A DNA stretch of 63,800 bases, filler included, from Folioceros fuciformis (taxonomy: Eukaryota): NCBI GenBank assembly GCA_049999805.1. It is 4 parts of 4 records of this genome, joined end to end, with 100 filler letters (N's around TTAATTAATTAA, not from the genome) between each part and the next. Parts side by side here need not be neighbours in the genome. Positions count along the whole stretch, not along the records: positions 25,719 to 49,323 come from JBNGIO010006258.1; 3 more parts are not named here. The stretch is one strand, 5' to 3'. Within the stretch, counting starts at the first letter, position 1; the number at the start of each line of letters is the position of its first letter. Of this stretch, positions 26,228 through 39,899 are shown one piece after another. The notes beneath the pieces are model-generated. The model ran no database searches. It had not been told where the DNA came from and saw nothing but the letters and a program-made list of their open reading frames with translations. The translations under genes were made by a program, and so were the position numbers.

Positions 26228-29200
26228 TTATCGAACTGATGCTACGATTCCCATGTGGTCACCAGCAAATGTGCCCACCTGCCATTCTTGTGTCGTGGAG
26301 GTTAGTGTCATCAAAGCAACCACCACCGTCCGCATAGTGGGTCTCAACTCTGGGTTTTCTTGAGTACACGCTCGTGCAAGTTGTGCCAGCTGCATACTCA
26401 AACATTCGTGGCTTCCGGAGTTAATACAATGACCAACCAGGTACACCCACCATCAAGTTAGAAACCTCGTGCACGAGGAGCACCTTGTGTGCAGAATCCG
26501 CAGGATAGTTGTTTCCCAAACTAGCATCTGTCAGCGTCCGCAAACTTTCCCTTACATCTGACGCACGAAAAGCATCCTCAAACTGTAACACGAGAAACCA
26601 GCATCAAAACCGTTGTACAGTGTCCCATTTTCAAAGGAACTTTCACCGGGGAAGAAACGAGAACAAACCACAGACACAAGGGATTTCGGTGGCTGTGCTT
26701 GCGAGCCGCCATTGCCTCCTGCGCCAACATGAGACTTGTCGAGCGCTTGTTTACCAGACAGGATTTCATACAGAACTACTCCAAACGAATACACATCAAT
26801 CTTAGTCGATACATCTCCACGCAGAGCATACCTGGACGGCCATCCACAGACGACCAGTGTCAGCCAAAAAAGCAGCTTTTCCTTCCAGTTTGGAAAGCTG
26901 TCCAAGCCTGAGAGAGTGAGGACACTGTACTCTGGAGCCATGTATCCAAAAGTCCCAGCCACCTTGGTTAGCATTGCCGTGCCAGCTCCCACAGGGTCTA
27001 GTTCTATCAGCTTGGCGAGTCCGAAATCTGCAACCTATGAGTTGTGCACTGGAGTACATTCGATAAGCCATCCCAGGAGAGAACTAGAGAAAATGGTCCC
27101 AGGTGATCTTCAAGTTTGCGACCAACCTTGGCACGAAACTGCGAGTCAATGAGAATATTGGGTGACTTCACGTCGCGGTGGGTGTAAGTTGGCTTAGTAT
27201 GTTCGTGGATATACTCGAGCCCTCTTGCTGTGTCCAGAGCTATTTGTATTCGCTGTACCCACGTCAAGGGAGGACCTGTAATAAAACCACGTTGGTTGCA
27301 TGTTTGCCTTTTTTTTCTTCTTTTCTGCAAAGAGCACTTACTCTCCATCATACACCACGAAATACACACCTCCTTGGCTAGCTTTACGGAGATGCTGATC
27401 AAGATTTCCATTCTCCACGAACTCATACACCAGAAAGAGCGACTGTTCTGTAGAGTAGCCAAGCAACTGAACCTGCAACGTGCAGCCCCAGAGCTCAGGG
27501 ACAGTGGCCATTCAAATAGCACCTTCAAGATACCTTCTGGACAGGAGATATCTCCTGACCCCACAGAAGCTTACCAGATTCGTGTGGTGAACATGAGTCA
27601 GTACTTGCAACTCTGCTAAGAACGCCTTGGTTGCTAGCAAATCCATCTTTTTGATCGCCACCACTTTCTGCATTAGTAGAAGTCCATGTCACGGAGAGGA
27701 TGTCAATGCAGGAGTCGGAGGACAAAATCGAGGTCCAATTTAAGAATCTAAAATACACTTCAGAAAGCCACAGCTCTCAAGTTTGGGATACCACAAGTGA
27801 AATCGACATACACACCTGATCCTGGAGCTCTCCACGGAAAACTTCTCCATAACCACCTTGGCCTATTTTTTTGGCGATGCTGAAATTGTCAGTAGCTGCG
27901 GCAAGCTCTTCGTAAGAATACTCAACGGAATTGTCCGCAATGAAGCCACCCCCAGAATAGCTGCTTGAAAAAGTACTTGAGTTCAATGACCCTGAATAGA
28001 GGAGCCTATCGGAGGAGTGACCTGCAGGCATAACCCCTGCTTGGATTACCGACACTCGACATATCCGAAAGGGCGATAACACATGGGGCAAAGCCAAAAC
28101 CTCGCAAACCTGGTACGCCCAGGCCTGTTGAGACAGGAAAGCCAGATCCATCTGGGTGCGCCCTGGAGTTGGAATTCGTCGCCTGTGGCCGTTTAGGCCG
28201 TTTCCATGTCCAATAGGCAACAGCAAAGCTCAGAGCGGCAATTCCAATGATACCACCGACAGCTCCTCCCGCCACAGCACCAATGTCAACCTCATGACCA
28301 TTTGTCCCGCCTGCACAAAGTCATTATAGAGTCAAAAGAACTCTCCATCTGCACAAGAATCCCAAGAGATTGCAGCCAGCTTCCAAAAAAAAACAGCCCG
28401 TTGAGCAGCATAAATCCTCCCAGTTCTTCAGCATGATTGCTTAACAAGTTTTGAGCTCACTGCACAAGCATGAAACCAGCACAGCAGAGCACAGTGACTC
28501 CTCCGTAACAAGATGCCTGCCATGCACACTAGTTCCGCAAAGCCATCGGCTTTCAGCATTAATTTCACTCAGGAGAAGGACATACCCAGTCAACGGTGGA
28601 AACTGCCCGCTCAAATCTGCCGCCCACAGCCCCATAAGCAAGCCCGCAAGGTTCAGTCACAAGGCAGCTGGCAAGACCGAGCAAGAAGGCCAAAACTCCA
28701 TCACACAGCTTCACCTCGTGTAGGTACAAACAGAATGGTCACATTAGCCTCAAGGCGAGCAGGGTCGACTTCGGGATTGGCAGCCGCGAGGTCAGCCGCA
28801 GACACATTGAAGGCGTCAGCAATGCTCAAGACCGAATCTCCCCTCCGAGCAACGTAGGTGGTGAAGAATCCGTACTGCTTCAAGTCGGGGCTCCCACAGG
28901 AGCAGTTCACCGGCACAGTCAGGATCTGCCCATTATACACCATGTTCACGTCGGTCACGCCGCTGGCACTCGCAATCCCGGCAACGGTAGTGAGCGAAGA
29001 GTAGTTGTAACTCGCAATCACACTCAGATACTCCGTGTTCACCACGAACGTGAAACGTCCTTGAAGAACGTTCTGCGTGCACGCGCAGGTGAAGGGCACT
29101 CGCAACAATTGCCCCGTTAATATGACATTGAGATCGGAGACGTTGCTGTAGCGCGCAATGGCGGAGGCATTGGTCTGGAAGCGTAAGCCTATGGTCTGCA

Positions 29201-29336
29201 GCGTGTCCCCCTCTTGCACCAAATAGCCGGCCAGCGCCGGGCACCCGCCCGAGGGAAAGCATCCCTCAGCTGATGCGCAGGCTGCGCTGCAGAGCAGCGT
29301 CCCGGCCCAAATCACGGCGAGGACTGCACTCTTCAT
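26228..29336 (-). CDS. LysM receptor-like kinase (CERK1/LYK type), multi-exon
   Basis: Signal peptide, three LysM motifs separated by CxC (CAC, CSC), TM helix ([16 protein letters not shown]), [54 protein letters not shown]. Confidence 0.93.
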
Positions 29337-29909
29337 GGAGCCTGCACTCGGTTCACGCAGGGCCTGCTGCTGAGCACGTATTGAAACGACGCCGAGACGT
29401 GAATTCTAACCTACCCTTCAACCTGTAAGACCTGCTGCGGCCCGGCAGCAGGACGACAGGAAGGGACGCGGCGGGATCAGGGAGCGAGGAGGCCGCAGAC
29501 TCGGAGACCGGGACCACGACTCATCCCAGGTGGGTTCGGGAAGGGGGTGTGGAGGGCAGGGAACTCGATGCCTTCTTACGCGGCGTGAACGCAAGCCAAG
29601 TGGACTCGCTGTCTCGTGAAGTCTGATCGAGTTCCAGCGCTTTACTCTTCCGACTACTGTACCACCTTCGTGACGTACTTCCAGACTCTCTTATCAGTCA
29701 GTGTCCGTAAGTGAAATCTTGTGGCCGCGGGGTGGTACGCGGCGTCAGCAGTCGCCTTTGCTGACAAACAAGTCTCATCACATGAGAATTCGGAATCGGG
29801 AACACTTAGCCAAATTGGGAGCCGGATGAAGACGCAATTCGGACAACTAACTATCTTACAACAGAGTGAATTGAAAGCAATAGTGTCATGGAGAGGAAGG
29901 ACCCCCACA

Positions 29910-30896
29910 CTACAATTTGGAGATCACGTCTTCCAGCTTGGAAACGGCCTCAGCATAGTACTTCTCGGCCTTCGACACGCTCTTCTCGCGCGCCGCGTAG
30001 TCCAGCTGCAACCAGTGGAGTGGAGGGAAGATTAGGTTCCGACATGTGTAGGTTATGGAGAGCAGGAAATGATGTGTAGTCGGGAAACAGGATCCAGGCT
30101 TACCCCATCGATGCTGGACTTGAGGCTCTTGATGAGAGCCTTGAACGACTTCTTCTCCTCCTTCGGCTTGGAGGCCAGGATCTTGTCCAAGTCGAAGTTC
30201 AGAGGGGTGACCCTCAGCTCGTTCTGGAGGTACGGCCAGGCTCTCTTTTCGATGAGTGACTTCACGGCCACGATCCTGTCCGCAGACTCCTTTGCCCTGG
30301 CGACAAGGTCGTCGTAGCCTCCTTTTTGAATGTAGAACCGCTCGTTCAGCGGAAGGTCGGTGTCCCTAGCCTGGTCGGCGTTCTCCGTCCCGGCTGTCAG
30401 CGCAAGCGATACACATTGTAGTCAGGACGACGGGAACTCTTTTCTGCTTAACTTAGAGTCGACATTGGCAGGAGCAAGTTCAGCATTCTCCTCAGCTGCG
30501 ATGTGCTGCGCTGCGCTACGCTTCCCTGCTCAGCATCGTCAAGATACAAGCAAACAATCAATGTCCTGCATCGTGGAGGAGTGAGGAGGAACACTCACGT
30601 AGGCCGCCGAATGGAGCAGGAGCAGGTTTGATCACAGGAGGTGCGGGCTCTGCACGCGCAGAAGATGCCAAGGCTCCGGCCGCCACAGACGCTGCAAGAA
30701 GGCCGAGAACGGACCGCCTGCTCTGCGCCTCCGACTCCTCTCCGCGCTGAGCGCGAACAGCAACCATGGCCCCCCTTCGCAGAGCGACTCGGCTGCTGCT
30801 GCTGGAGCTGCTCAGCTGGCTGACGCCGCCGGCCACCAGGCTGCCTTCCAGGACAGCCGGGGATAAAACCGCCATGGATGCCACTGCTTGCGCCAT
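29910..30896 (-). CDS. psbQ: Oxygen-evolving enhancer protein 3 (PsbQ), chloroplast, 3 exons
   Basis: MAQAVASMA transit peptide, SRR twin-arginine motif, ENADQARDTDLPLNERFYIQ, AWPYLQNELR, LDYAAREKS..AEKYY. Confidence 0.95.
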
Positions 30897-31207
30897 AGCC
30901 ACCGAGGAATTGCAGGTGGACGACGGGCAGGATAAGAGAAGCAGCTAGAGTGGAGACGTCGGTGGGCAGCAGATGGATTTGGGGAAAGAGAGGCCTGGGA
31001 GAGGGAGGACTGAACGTGGACCGCGAATACCTCACCAGCCTATGGGCAATCAGGAACACGGGCCCACAACCTCCTAAATCTTTATCTCCTGAAGAGATTG
31101 GGGACAGCCAGTAAGGAAATCAATCGACCCTCAAATTTTACTCCAAAATTGTTGCGCTGCAGCACAGCTGTGGCACTTAAGCGAATACACCCTTAAATAA
31201 ATAAGAA

Positions 31208-34200
31208 CTAAGGGGCGGCGACAGCGTACAGAGTGTATTCTAACGATGAAAGCCACTCCGCTTTGAAGAGCATGTCACCTAGCATCGTCAGAATATCCAG
31301 AACGGGATCGAGTTTCCGTTGCCAGCCCTGGAGTTCAGGGCAACAGACAGTGTGTTCATCCACCGGAGGAACGAGAAGGTGAGAGCACGGCTTGAAAGTT
31401 AAGGAATGTTACCTCAAGGATCAGCGTTGTCACCATCACTGTGCAGACATCGCCGTCCAGGTTGACACGGTGCTTCCGAACTTGATCAAACAAATCCCTC
31501 ATGCATTCACCGGTGTTCAAGGCTGTGCCCCTCTCCGCCAGGTACTGCTTGAACTTGGCCTCGACGTCCCTGGTAAACGCCTGCAAGGTCAGAATAGAGG
31601 ATCCGTCAACAGCTGTTCACTCCTCTCGGAGCCTGGCAGTCAAAGCCACTTTGCAAACAGGCAATTCATCCCATGTGGTACCTCTGGATCGGGGCAACTT
31701 TGGTTCTCTGAGAACTGTAGAGTACACTGAGCTACCCTTCGGCCATCCCTGCATGCAGCAGCCTGATCCAAAGCCATCAGTTAGTAAAAGCCAAGTTGGT
31801 ACAACGTCGACCAAACAACCGCGTAGGTTTTCAAGAAACGAACTGAAACCTTTTGTCTCAGCTACCTGAAACAACTCCAAAACAATTAAGCGGTTCCTCT
31901 GACTCAGTTCAGCTGTCATCCCCACATCCAGTAAAACCACCTGCGGACGCTTTCCTTTGAAACGCACAAATATGTTACCCGGATGAAGATCACCGTGCAC
32001 AAAGTTATCCTCCTGTGGTGCAAACAGAACCCGAATAAAACTTCCACTTGTTTCTTAAGTAGTCTTTATTCTCGACATCGCTAGGACATCACGGAAGAAA
32101 AGGGCAAGAAGTGCTTTCAAGACGGTCAGACTCACCAATAACATTTTTAACAGTATACGAGTCCCCAAGTAGGCAAGGTAAGTGTGTATCGGAGACTCGT
32201 CACCACTATCAATGTACTTCACGATGCTCTCCCCTTCCTCAAACGTCTGAAACTCAGAAAGCAACGGGATTGGAGCCAGAGTAAAGGCAAGATAGAAAGT
32301 TGAGCACCTACTAGCAGCGAAGATGCCCAGAGACGCAAGCAGGTTACCTCTACGAGGACTGCAGGATGCACAAGGGGATAGATTGGTGCTGGGAAACTGA
32401 CACTCTTCCACTTCCGAAAATTATAAATGAATCTCATCAGGTGAGCAGCCTCAAGGGTGAGGTCAACCTGCAGACGAAGATGATGACATTCATTTAGCCA
32501 GCTGGCAACATAAGGCACCCAGGGAGAATCAAAGCTGCTGCAGGATGGCATCATCTTGAACCTGCTTTGTCATGAAGGTAGCAAATTGTTGAACGCTCTT
32601 GTCAAGCTGCAAGTGCTTTAACCCTGGGAGTATGGCGGACACTCCTGCGAACCAATTCATGATCACAAAATCTCTCTGTATGACTTTGCTGACATGAGGA
32701 TGACGCACCTACATCCAAAGTGCAATGTTATTAGAAAGCTTCACAGCGAACAGTCTTTCCACAACTACACACTCCACAACCTTCCCTGGTAAAGTGCACA
32801 GGGTGCTTACCTTCACCGCAACAACAATAGGCTTGTTGTCTTTCAGACGCAAGACAGCTCGATGAACCTGAAGGAACACACCAGTTCTGATAAGCTGGCA
32901 TCCTCTGACATACAATCTGACTTGCCCTACACTCACGAACCCGCACATACCTGTGCAATACTACCAGAAGCAATGGGCTTCTCTGAAAATTCCTCAAATA
33001 TGTCCTCCACAGGCTTTCTAAAAGCCTTTTGAATCACCCTCCTCGTGTGCGAGAAACTGTGAGCAGGAGACTGCTCATTCACAAGACAAAGGCAATCAGA
33101 ATGGTAGATCATCCCATCTCCCAAGCCTTGCGTCCAGCAACCGGCCATGAATCGACTGAGAATACCTGCATGTGAAGCTTGGAGAGGGCTTCACACACGT
33201 CAGCAGGAAAAATATCAGGGCGAGTTGCAGCCCACTGTCCCCACTTTATAAAGGCAGGACCTGCAAAGAACCAAGCGACTATGAGCCAATGCTGTAGACG
33301 AGAAAGGCCATGATCCAATCAACACTTGATATGTATGAGCTCGAAGAAACATGTAGCTGAGTTACCTGCAAGTTCAAGGGTCCTCAAGAGAAGATTTAAC
33401 CATGTTCTTCGAACACGGCCTTCGGGATTTTCGGCGAAAGCAGCAAGGAATATGGTCGGTGTGAAGAGGGCCACTAAATAGCATAGTCGGAGGACGAGCA
33501 TTATATACTCGGCTGTCTTTGTTCACCCGCAAAACATGACAGGAATTACATTGGATCCAAGCCTTCGCATTCTAAACCACTGAAAAGATGGGCAACTCGA
33601 ATGCAAATAGAGGTGATAAAAAAGAGGTTAGTCTTCTGATTTACCATGGCAAATAGAGCGAGAGATTTCACCCTCGGCTTTGTTGCTTGCCGCGGTGAAG
33701 CCCCCACAGGACCCTGGTGCTCAGGAACATTCACAGCACTGTGTGCACATGCAGCTTCTCCTAGAAGCAACGCAAGCGTCTTCTTCAAAAACTGCTGCAA
33801 CATAAGGGGCTATGAGAGCAAGCCGACATTGGAATTGAGAGTAGAATGAGTATGGTCCAACGCACGCAAGTAGAACCAATCCACTCAGTCAGAGCTTAGG
33901 CAGGCAAGCACAAAAGTATACCTGACCTTTGTTGTCAGCCAAAGTCATGAGAGTCACTTGCATCCAGTGACATTCTCGACGAAATAGAGGAGGCTTGGTA
34001 ACCCCTGAAATCCAAATATTTTTCTGTTGCCATGCTCTCCACGCTCGAGATAAAGCCGACACATATTTTAAGGATGTTGGCTTTGGCAAAACATCCACGG
34101 CAAGTGTTGCCTTGTGGGACAAGGCCGCAAGACCGAAACATCTTCTGTTGCTTTCAAACAACCCTCTTAGCCTGTGCGCGTAAAGGTGCTGCACACAGAA

Positions 34201-34539
34201 GGTCGAATACGGATACGCAGACTCTGATGACCTAGTCACGATAAACGGTAAGCTAAACGTGGCAGCAGGTCGAAGATCGCATCCTCTCCTACTCTTGCAT
34301 GACACGAACGTTCTTCTGCTGCAGTAGTACAACACAGCCGAACATAGCTGATTCCGTTTGGCTGCATGCCAGTAATGCATGCCTGTATTGTGCGTATCAC
34401 CTGCATACAAAGCCTACCGTTCAGAAGCAAACCAAACACTCTAACTTCCAGCTCGACTCTCAATCAAAACATCAGCAGCTCCAGTTTCAGCTGCACGTGA
34501 GAAAAAAGAAAGCTTCAGATCCACCTGGGGCTCTCTCAT
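31208..34539 (-). CDS. ABC1/ADCK atypical kinase (mitochondrial-type), multi-exon; 5' end uncertain
   Basis: GPAFIKWGQWAATRPD, PIASGSIAQVHRA, VAVKVRHP, QVDLTLEAAHL, DNFVHGDLHPGNI, LLDVGM, LILEGWQRKLDP. Confidence 0.88.
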
Positions 34540-35705
34540 CAATGGCAGCCTCGAAACAGCAACGTCCAGGCATGAATCACATGCGTGCCACCGACAGCAA
34601 TCCCCAGACCTCCTCACCGGCCTTCTCCACATCACACAAAAAACCAGGAAAACCATCACACACTGCACAGCAGCCTCTACTTCCAGAATCCATGACCGCT
34701 TCTCGGTTAGAAGCGGAACTTTCCCGACCGCATTGCGCAGCATCGAGTACAGCCAAATTGCTCTAAATTCCTCTCCACGCCGCACACAAAGCTCACCAGA
34801 CGACACATCCAAGGATCAGAATCCATGACAACCGGCAAACCTAATTTCCGCTCAACCTTAAGCTTGCTTGGATCTCTCAGCACAGGCGCACTCCGCCGCA
34901 AAATTCAGCTCCCGACCACCGTCTCCAATTCCGCTCCGCAACTCCTTCCCCCACATTCGGCGACAGACATGAACTACAGCAAGCTTGATCGGTCCCTTTC
35001 CATACCCCCGAACCCGGAATCGATTCCCCACACTTGAGAGCGCGAAATTCCACTCCTCCTCTCCTCCCTCCAGCAATACCTCTGGCCCTCAGGGCAGCAA
35101 TCGACCCCGTCCCCGCATCAGCAACAACGATCGTATTCCAAATACCCGTGTCAATCTAGCCGCGCCGAAAATGCTCGTCGTCCCTTGGAAGTTGTTTGAA
35201 ACGATTAGCTTCCTGGCGGCCACCGCAGAAGCAAGCCACGAAGCCCCGAGAGGGTTTCCGATTTCCTGGCCTTGGGAAAGACATGCGTTTCTTTCCATCG
35301 GGACCTCTCTTTCCCGCCCTCTCTTTTTGGTTCCCCCTACCGCATCTCTAACCCGTTTAGGCCGACCGATTAAAATGAAACGCCGAGCGATTAAAACTAG
35401 ACGCAGCCCGGAGAAGAGCGAACGCAAACTTTGATGCCAGACAACAACAACAATCTCTTTATTGTAGACGACAGCATAACACAGTGGTCTGCCAGATTGC
35501 ACACAACACAAAGCGATGCACTCCAGTTATTGCGTCTATAGATGCACACAAGGAAGGAAGGTTAAGGAAGGAGGCAGCAATTGAAAGGTGCGTCTGAAGT
35601 GATGAAACTGCCTTTGTCTGCATGGACACGTCCGAACGCAGAAGCTGTACTCAGAAGATATGGAAGCATTGAAGCCAGCATCCAGCACCAGTCGCCTTTA
35701 CATTC

Positions 35706-36248
35706 TCAGGATTTCTCAGACGTCCCTGGCTCCGGAGCAGGAGCAGCAGGAAGAGTAGTGATGTCGTAATCACCGACAGGGAAGTAGGTGATGTTGAAAG
35801 CCTCGTATCGGCTGGCATAGTTCTGCACGTTGACGATCCCTCCGGGCAGGCCGTTCTGCTGGATAGTTTTGCCGTCGAGGCGGAGGAAGGACTGAGCGGT
35901 GGTGGTGGACTGGATGTTGTAGCCGCCGTGGGAGGGATTCTGAACGAGCTTGAAGTGCGCGAAATCGTTGAGCTCGTTGGACACCCAAACCTTCCCGGCG
36001 CCCGTGGGGAAGGTACCTTTAGGGACGTCCGCGAGCACGGTGCCGTCCAGGAAGAGGAAGTATCCGGGATACTTGACGGACTGGATGCCCCAGATATCGT
36101 CACCCTTGGCCACCAGCACGAACCTGCCGGCCTCAGTCACGGGGTTAACCAGGCTCACGCTGCTCGGCTTGCCGCCCTTGTCGGGCTCAGACACCTGGAG
36201 AAACACCCCGGGGAACTCCCGCGACCCGATCGAGAACGGGAACGCCAT
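35706..36248 (-). CDS. Intronless 180-aa putative beta-trefoil (fascin/lectin-like) protein, paralog A
   Basis: Strong GC3 bias. Three internal repeats (IGSREFPGVFLQV / GIQSVKYPGYFLFLDG..GAGKV / NIQS..SFLRLDG..GGIVNVQ). Colinear with 40730-41215. Confidence 0.85.
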   Translation of the reverse strand: MAFPFSIGSREFPGVFLQVSEPDKGGKPSSVSLVNPVTEAGRFVLVAKGDDIWGIQSVKYPGYFLFLDGTVLADVPKGTFPTGAGKVWVSNELNDFAHFKLVQNPSHGGYNIQSTTTAQSFLRLDGKTIQQNGLPGGIVNVQNYASRYEAFNITYFPVGDYDITTLPAAPAPEPGTSEKS

Positions 36249-37170
36249 TCTTGAAACCCGCACCCGAAGCCGGACACAGCGCCGAAGCTAGCTAGAATTC
36301 AGCAGGCAGCCGCTGAAAGAGAGAACTCTGGTTGCGCTGGTGCAGGCCAGGGCGGGCTCCCGAGCTTCCTTTATGTACAGATGGGCCTGGTGGAGACTCT
36401 GATGGCTGAGTGCGCTGCGCACAATCACGTCCCGGTGAGCTCTGAAAAGGTCTCGTCATGCGAATGGCTTCAATCAGAAGCCCTATTGCAGGTCCGGACT
36501 GCCACAATGCTAGATGCAGGCAGCTCAGACTCCTGCGGTCTACAGCTTGGACTCGTCCGGGCCAGAAGCAGAAGCAGACGAGGACGGAGACGTGTCTCAT
36601 CACTGCTGGTACATGCATGCACGTTTGTCGTCATCAAGAATGTCAGGCCACGGCCAGCCCGGTTCCTCACGCATGACGCTAAAAGCTGTGGAGACAGTGG
36701 AGATCGGACCACCCGGAGCTGTCCAGCCGTGTAGCTGTACCATAATTCCTTCTCGCATCACCGCAAACCCTAAAGCAAAAGCGAACGCATTGCTTCAAGG
36801 CGCCTTTGTACCAGCCTTCCGTTCCTCTAAAGCTGTCAAAAAAGGTGTACCATTGCACCCCTTCCACATTAAATATTCAGGCTTATTCATATCTAGGATA
36901 ATATAAGGATAAATATTTCATTTAATTAATATATACTAAGATACATTCAGTATCTCCACTTGTTAACAAACAAGATAGGCAGAACAACTTATCAAGCTAT
37001 CACTTGTATAACATATACACGAGAGAGTATCTCACATATATGAGTGAACTTGAATACATTTATTATCCCAAGCTTACCCATGAGCGAAACACATAAGGAA
37101 TTAATCGACATATGTACCTGACTTCATCCTATATATGTGAGTAAGGGGATGCTTGATTGTCAAGTCCACA

Positions 37171-38389
37171 ATGGAAGCATCTGCCTTACCAAGTGATGTT
37201 GATTTGAGGGAGCAAGATGTTGAGAAGTCTTCGTCTTCGTCTTCTTTTGAGATGCATAGCACTTTGCAGGCTGTTTCAATTCCTATTGTGTTCAATAGCA
37301 ATTTGAGGACTTGGATTGCTAGTTCTCCAAGACACTTGAAGGACACTCCGCAGCAGCGTCAAGTGGAGTATGTGATCAATGTGATTGATCACTTCTATCA
37401 AGTGCGACGTTCGAACTTCAACATTACGCCCATGAATGGTCGAAGAGCTATTGGGCACCATGCTTCCTTGAAGGAGGCAAACTTGCCACTCAATGTCTTC
37501 GTGAGATTGTACAAATCGCGGTTGGATCTGCTGCGAGTTATGATATTAGGACCTCGTGGGACACCTTTTGCTTACGCGCCATTTGTTTTCGACATTCAAC
37601 TTCCAAGGAAGTTTCCACGGGTACTATACACTCTATCTCTTTCACTTTGGCATGGTGCAAGCTTCCATCTCTTGGTTACGTCCTTTGATTGGTTCTCTAA
37701 TTGAGATGTATGTTTTGTTTCTTTGCCAGGAAAATGCTCGCATCTTTTTCTACCACAACTATCCTGGAACGCGTGCCTTAGACAACTCGAAGAGTCTTTC
37801 CAAGCTGGACATCATCAACTCCAAGTGGTTGGGGAACACGGGGATTGAGATTCTTGTTCCTGGATCGAAGACCATTCAACAAATGCTCGAGTTCTTGCTT
37901 GGTTGGGTGTTGGTAGGAGGTCCATTCTTTGTTGACACTGACCATGAGAATATTGGGAGTCCAGCAAGCATTCAAGAGTTTAGTGAAATGGCCAGGTTGA
38001 TGAGCATGAAGATGTTGCTGTTTGTGTTGGGCAGCCCGCCAAAGAATTTTGAACCTGTTATGTGCTTTCACTTTCATAGTTTAAGGGAGGAAATTTTGCA
38101 AACTTACAGGAGCTATGCTTGGTCTATAGGTGGTTCTTCCATAGATTCCATTCCTTTTAGAGGCTTGATTGGAACTCTGATCCCTAAGCTTGAAGCTGCT
38201 TTGCCTCCATTCATTCTTGAGGGTTCTAGTGGGACAAATGCTCTACCTCTTGAACCTGCTTTGTCTTCATTACGTCTTGAGAGTTCTGGTGGGACTAGTG
38301 CTCTACCTCCTGAAGATGCTTTGTCTTCATTAAGTCTTGAGGATTCTCCTAGAACAAGTCCTCCACCTTCCGCAGATGATTTGCCTTGA
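37171..38389 (+). CDS. Divergent UBC23/24(PHO2)-like E2-fold protein lacking the catalytic Cys motif, 2 exons
   Basis: Exons 37171-37620 and 37730-38389. LPLNVFVRLYKSRLDLLRVMILGPRGTPF..FVFDI, SKTIQQML, PPKNFE match the recalled clade pattern; no NPNLY..GKVCLSLL. Confidence 0.7.
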
Positions 38390-38500
38390 GTAAGTCTCCA
38401 GGGTTCTAGAGTGACAAGTGCTTTACCTTCTGAAGCTTCTTTGGCTTCATTTAAGTCTTGAGGATTCTAGTGTGACAAGTGCTCTAGAGGCCTTCTGAAT
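38216..38500. repeat. ~60-bp tandem repeat (about 5 units) spanning the UBC-like stop codon
   Basis: CTTGAGGGTTCTAGTGGGACAAGTGCTCTACCT... units encoding LEGSSGTxALPxExALSSL. Confidence 0.8.
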
Positions 38501-38669
38501 AAGTGGATCCAAGTGCATATACTATTGCTTAGGGTTTGATGCGCTTGACTCCCAAGCTCATTATTGTAAACAATCATATTTTTATAGGGAGTAAAGAGTT
38601 GCTCATTATTGTAAACAATCATATTTTTATAACTAGTAAAGAGTTGGATATTGCCCATATATATATATA

Positions 38670-39838
38670 CAGTCAGACCCCTCTAATTGGGAGCAATTGG
38701 GAGTAGGAAAAATCCTCCCATTTAGAGGAGTTCCGTTTAGGCATTTTCATCTTTTTTTTAATAAAAGTATTAAAAAAATCCTTTAAATCAAAAATTCGAA
38801 AGAGCTCAAAAGCTTCCAAAAAATCCAAAATGCTTCCTCATACTACATAGCTGCCAACCTAATTCTAGTTTGCCGGGTTAAAACAATCATCAATCCTTGA
38901 TTGATGTTGAGTTGCTTTCATTCAATGACTAGCAATATATTTTCCAATTGAGAATTGCGACTTCAAAGCATCAAAAGTGTTATATGGCATCTCTTCCAAA
39001 AACATCTTCGCTATCCTCATAACATTATCTACAACATCCTTTGTCGTATACGGTCTTGGCAATATGGTCTCCACTGACGCTGTATCGTTCTTTTCGCCCT
39101 CCTCATTGATAGGCGGAGGGATTACCGCTTGCCATATTTCGTCCTCTGTAGGAATATACGTAGTCTCAAATCCTTCATCCTCTTCAAAGTTCAGATACTC
39201 TTCAGCTATTATTGTTGGATATCCAACATCAGCAATTCCTATCATATCCTCAAATGTTAATAATGCTAAGCTTCGCATGGACTGTTGTAGCTCTTCTACC
39301 TACATTTCCAACAAATTAGAGTGATCCTTTGGATCATATGGTGCGCTGTTTAGATCCAAAGACTCACGGAACCGAGCATCTTGTGCACGTAATTCTGCAT
39401 CCAAAGTGTTATGCCTCCAACAATTGCGTATAGTATGAGGACTCACAAATGAAGTCGAAGCTTTTACCAGCATAATCACTGCTTGATATACATCGATAGT
39501 TGTGGCGGCATTGTTTAAGATAACTATCCGCATTGTTTATGATCTAGTTGCATTGGTACGAATCATTAGCTTGCAATACTAAGCCTCAATTTTTTTTTTA
39601 AATATGTATTTTCCATTTCAGAGCGGTGTACTTGCATTCAATGTTTGGGAGACATGTTCCCATTTACAAATTAGAGGGGTTTCCCATCTAGCATGTAGCA
39701 CATTCAAGGGAGTACGCCAGGGCATCCCATTTAAAGGAGGTTCCCATTAGCATGTAGCACATTCAAGGGAGTATGCCAGGGCGTCCCATTTAAAGGGGGT
39801 TCCCATTTATAGGGGTCCCAATTAGAGGGGTTTGACTG
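38670..39838 (-). mobile_element. Non-autonomous pogo/Tigger-like (Tc1/mariner) DNA transposon
   Basis: 23-bp TIRs CAGTCARACCCCTCTAATTGGGA; TA on both flanks; transposase C-terminal remnants (IDVYQAVIMLVKA..TIRNCWRH; EEYLNFEED..TEDEIW; QSRIDDCF*); subterminal repeats 39660-39815. Confidence 0.9.
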
Positions 39839-39899
39839 TATAAGGTCAAGGTTTGCCTAAACATACATTGGAAGGTGGGTTTTAGGGGTAGATGGATTT

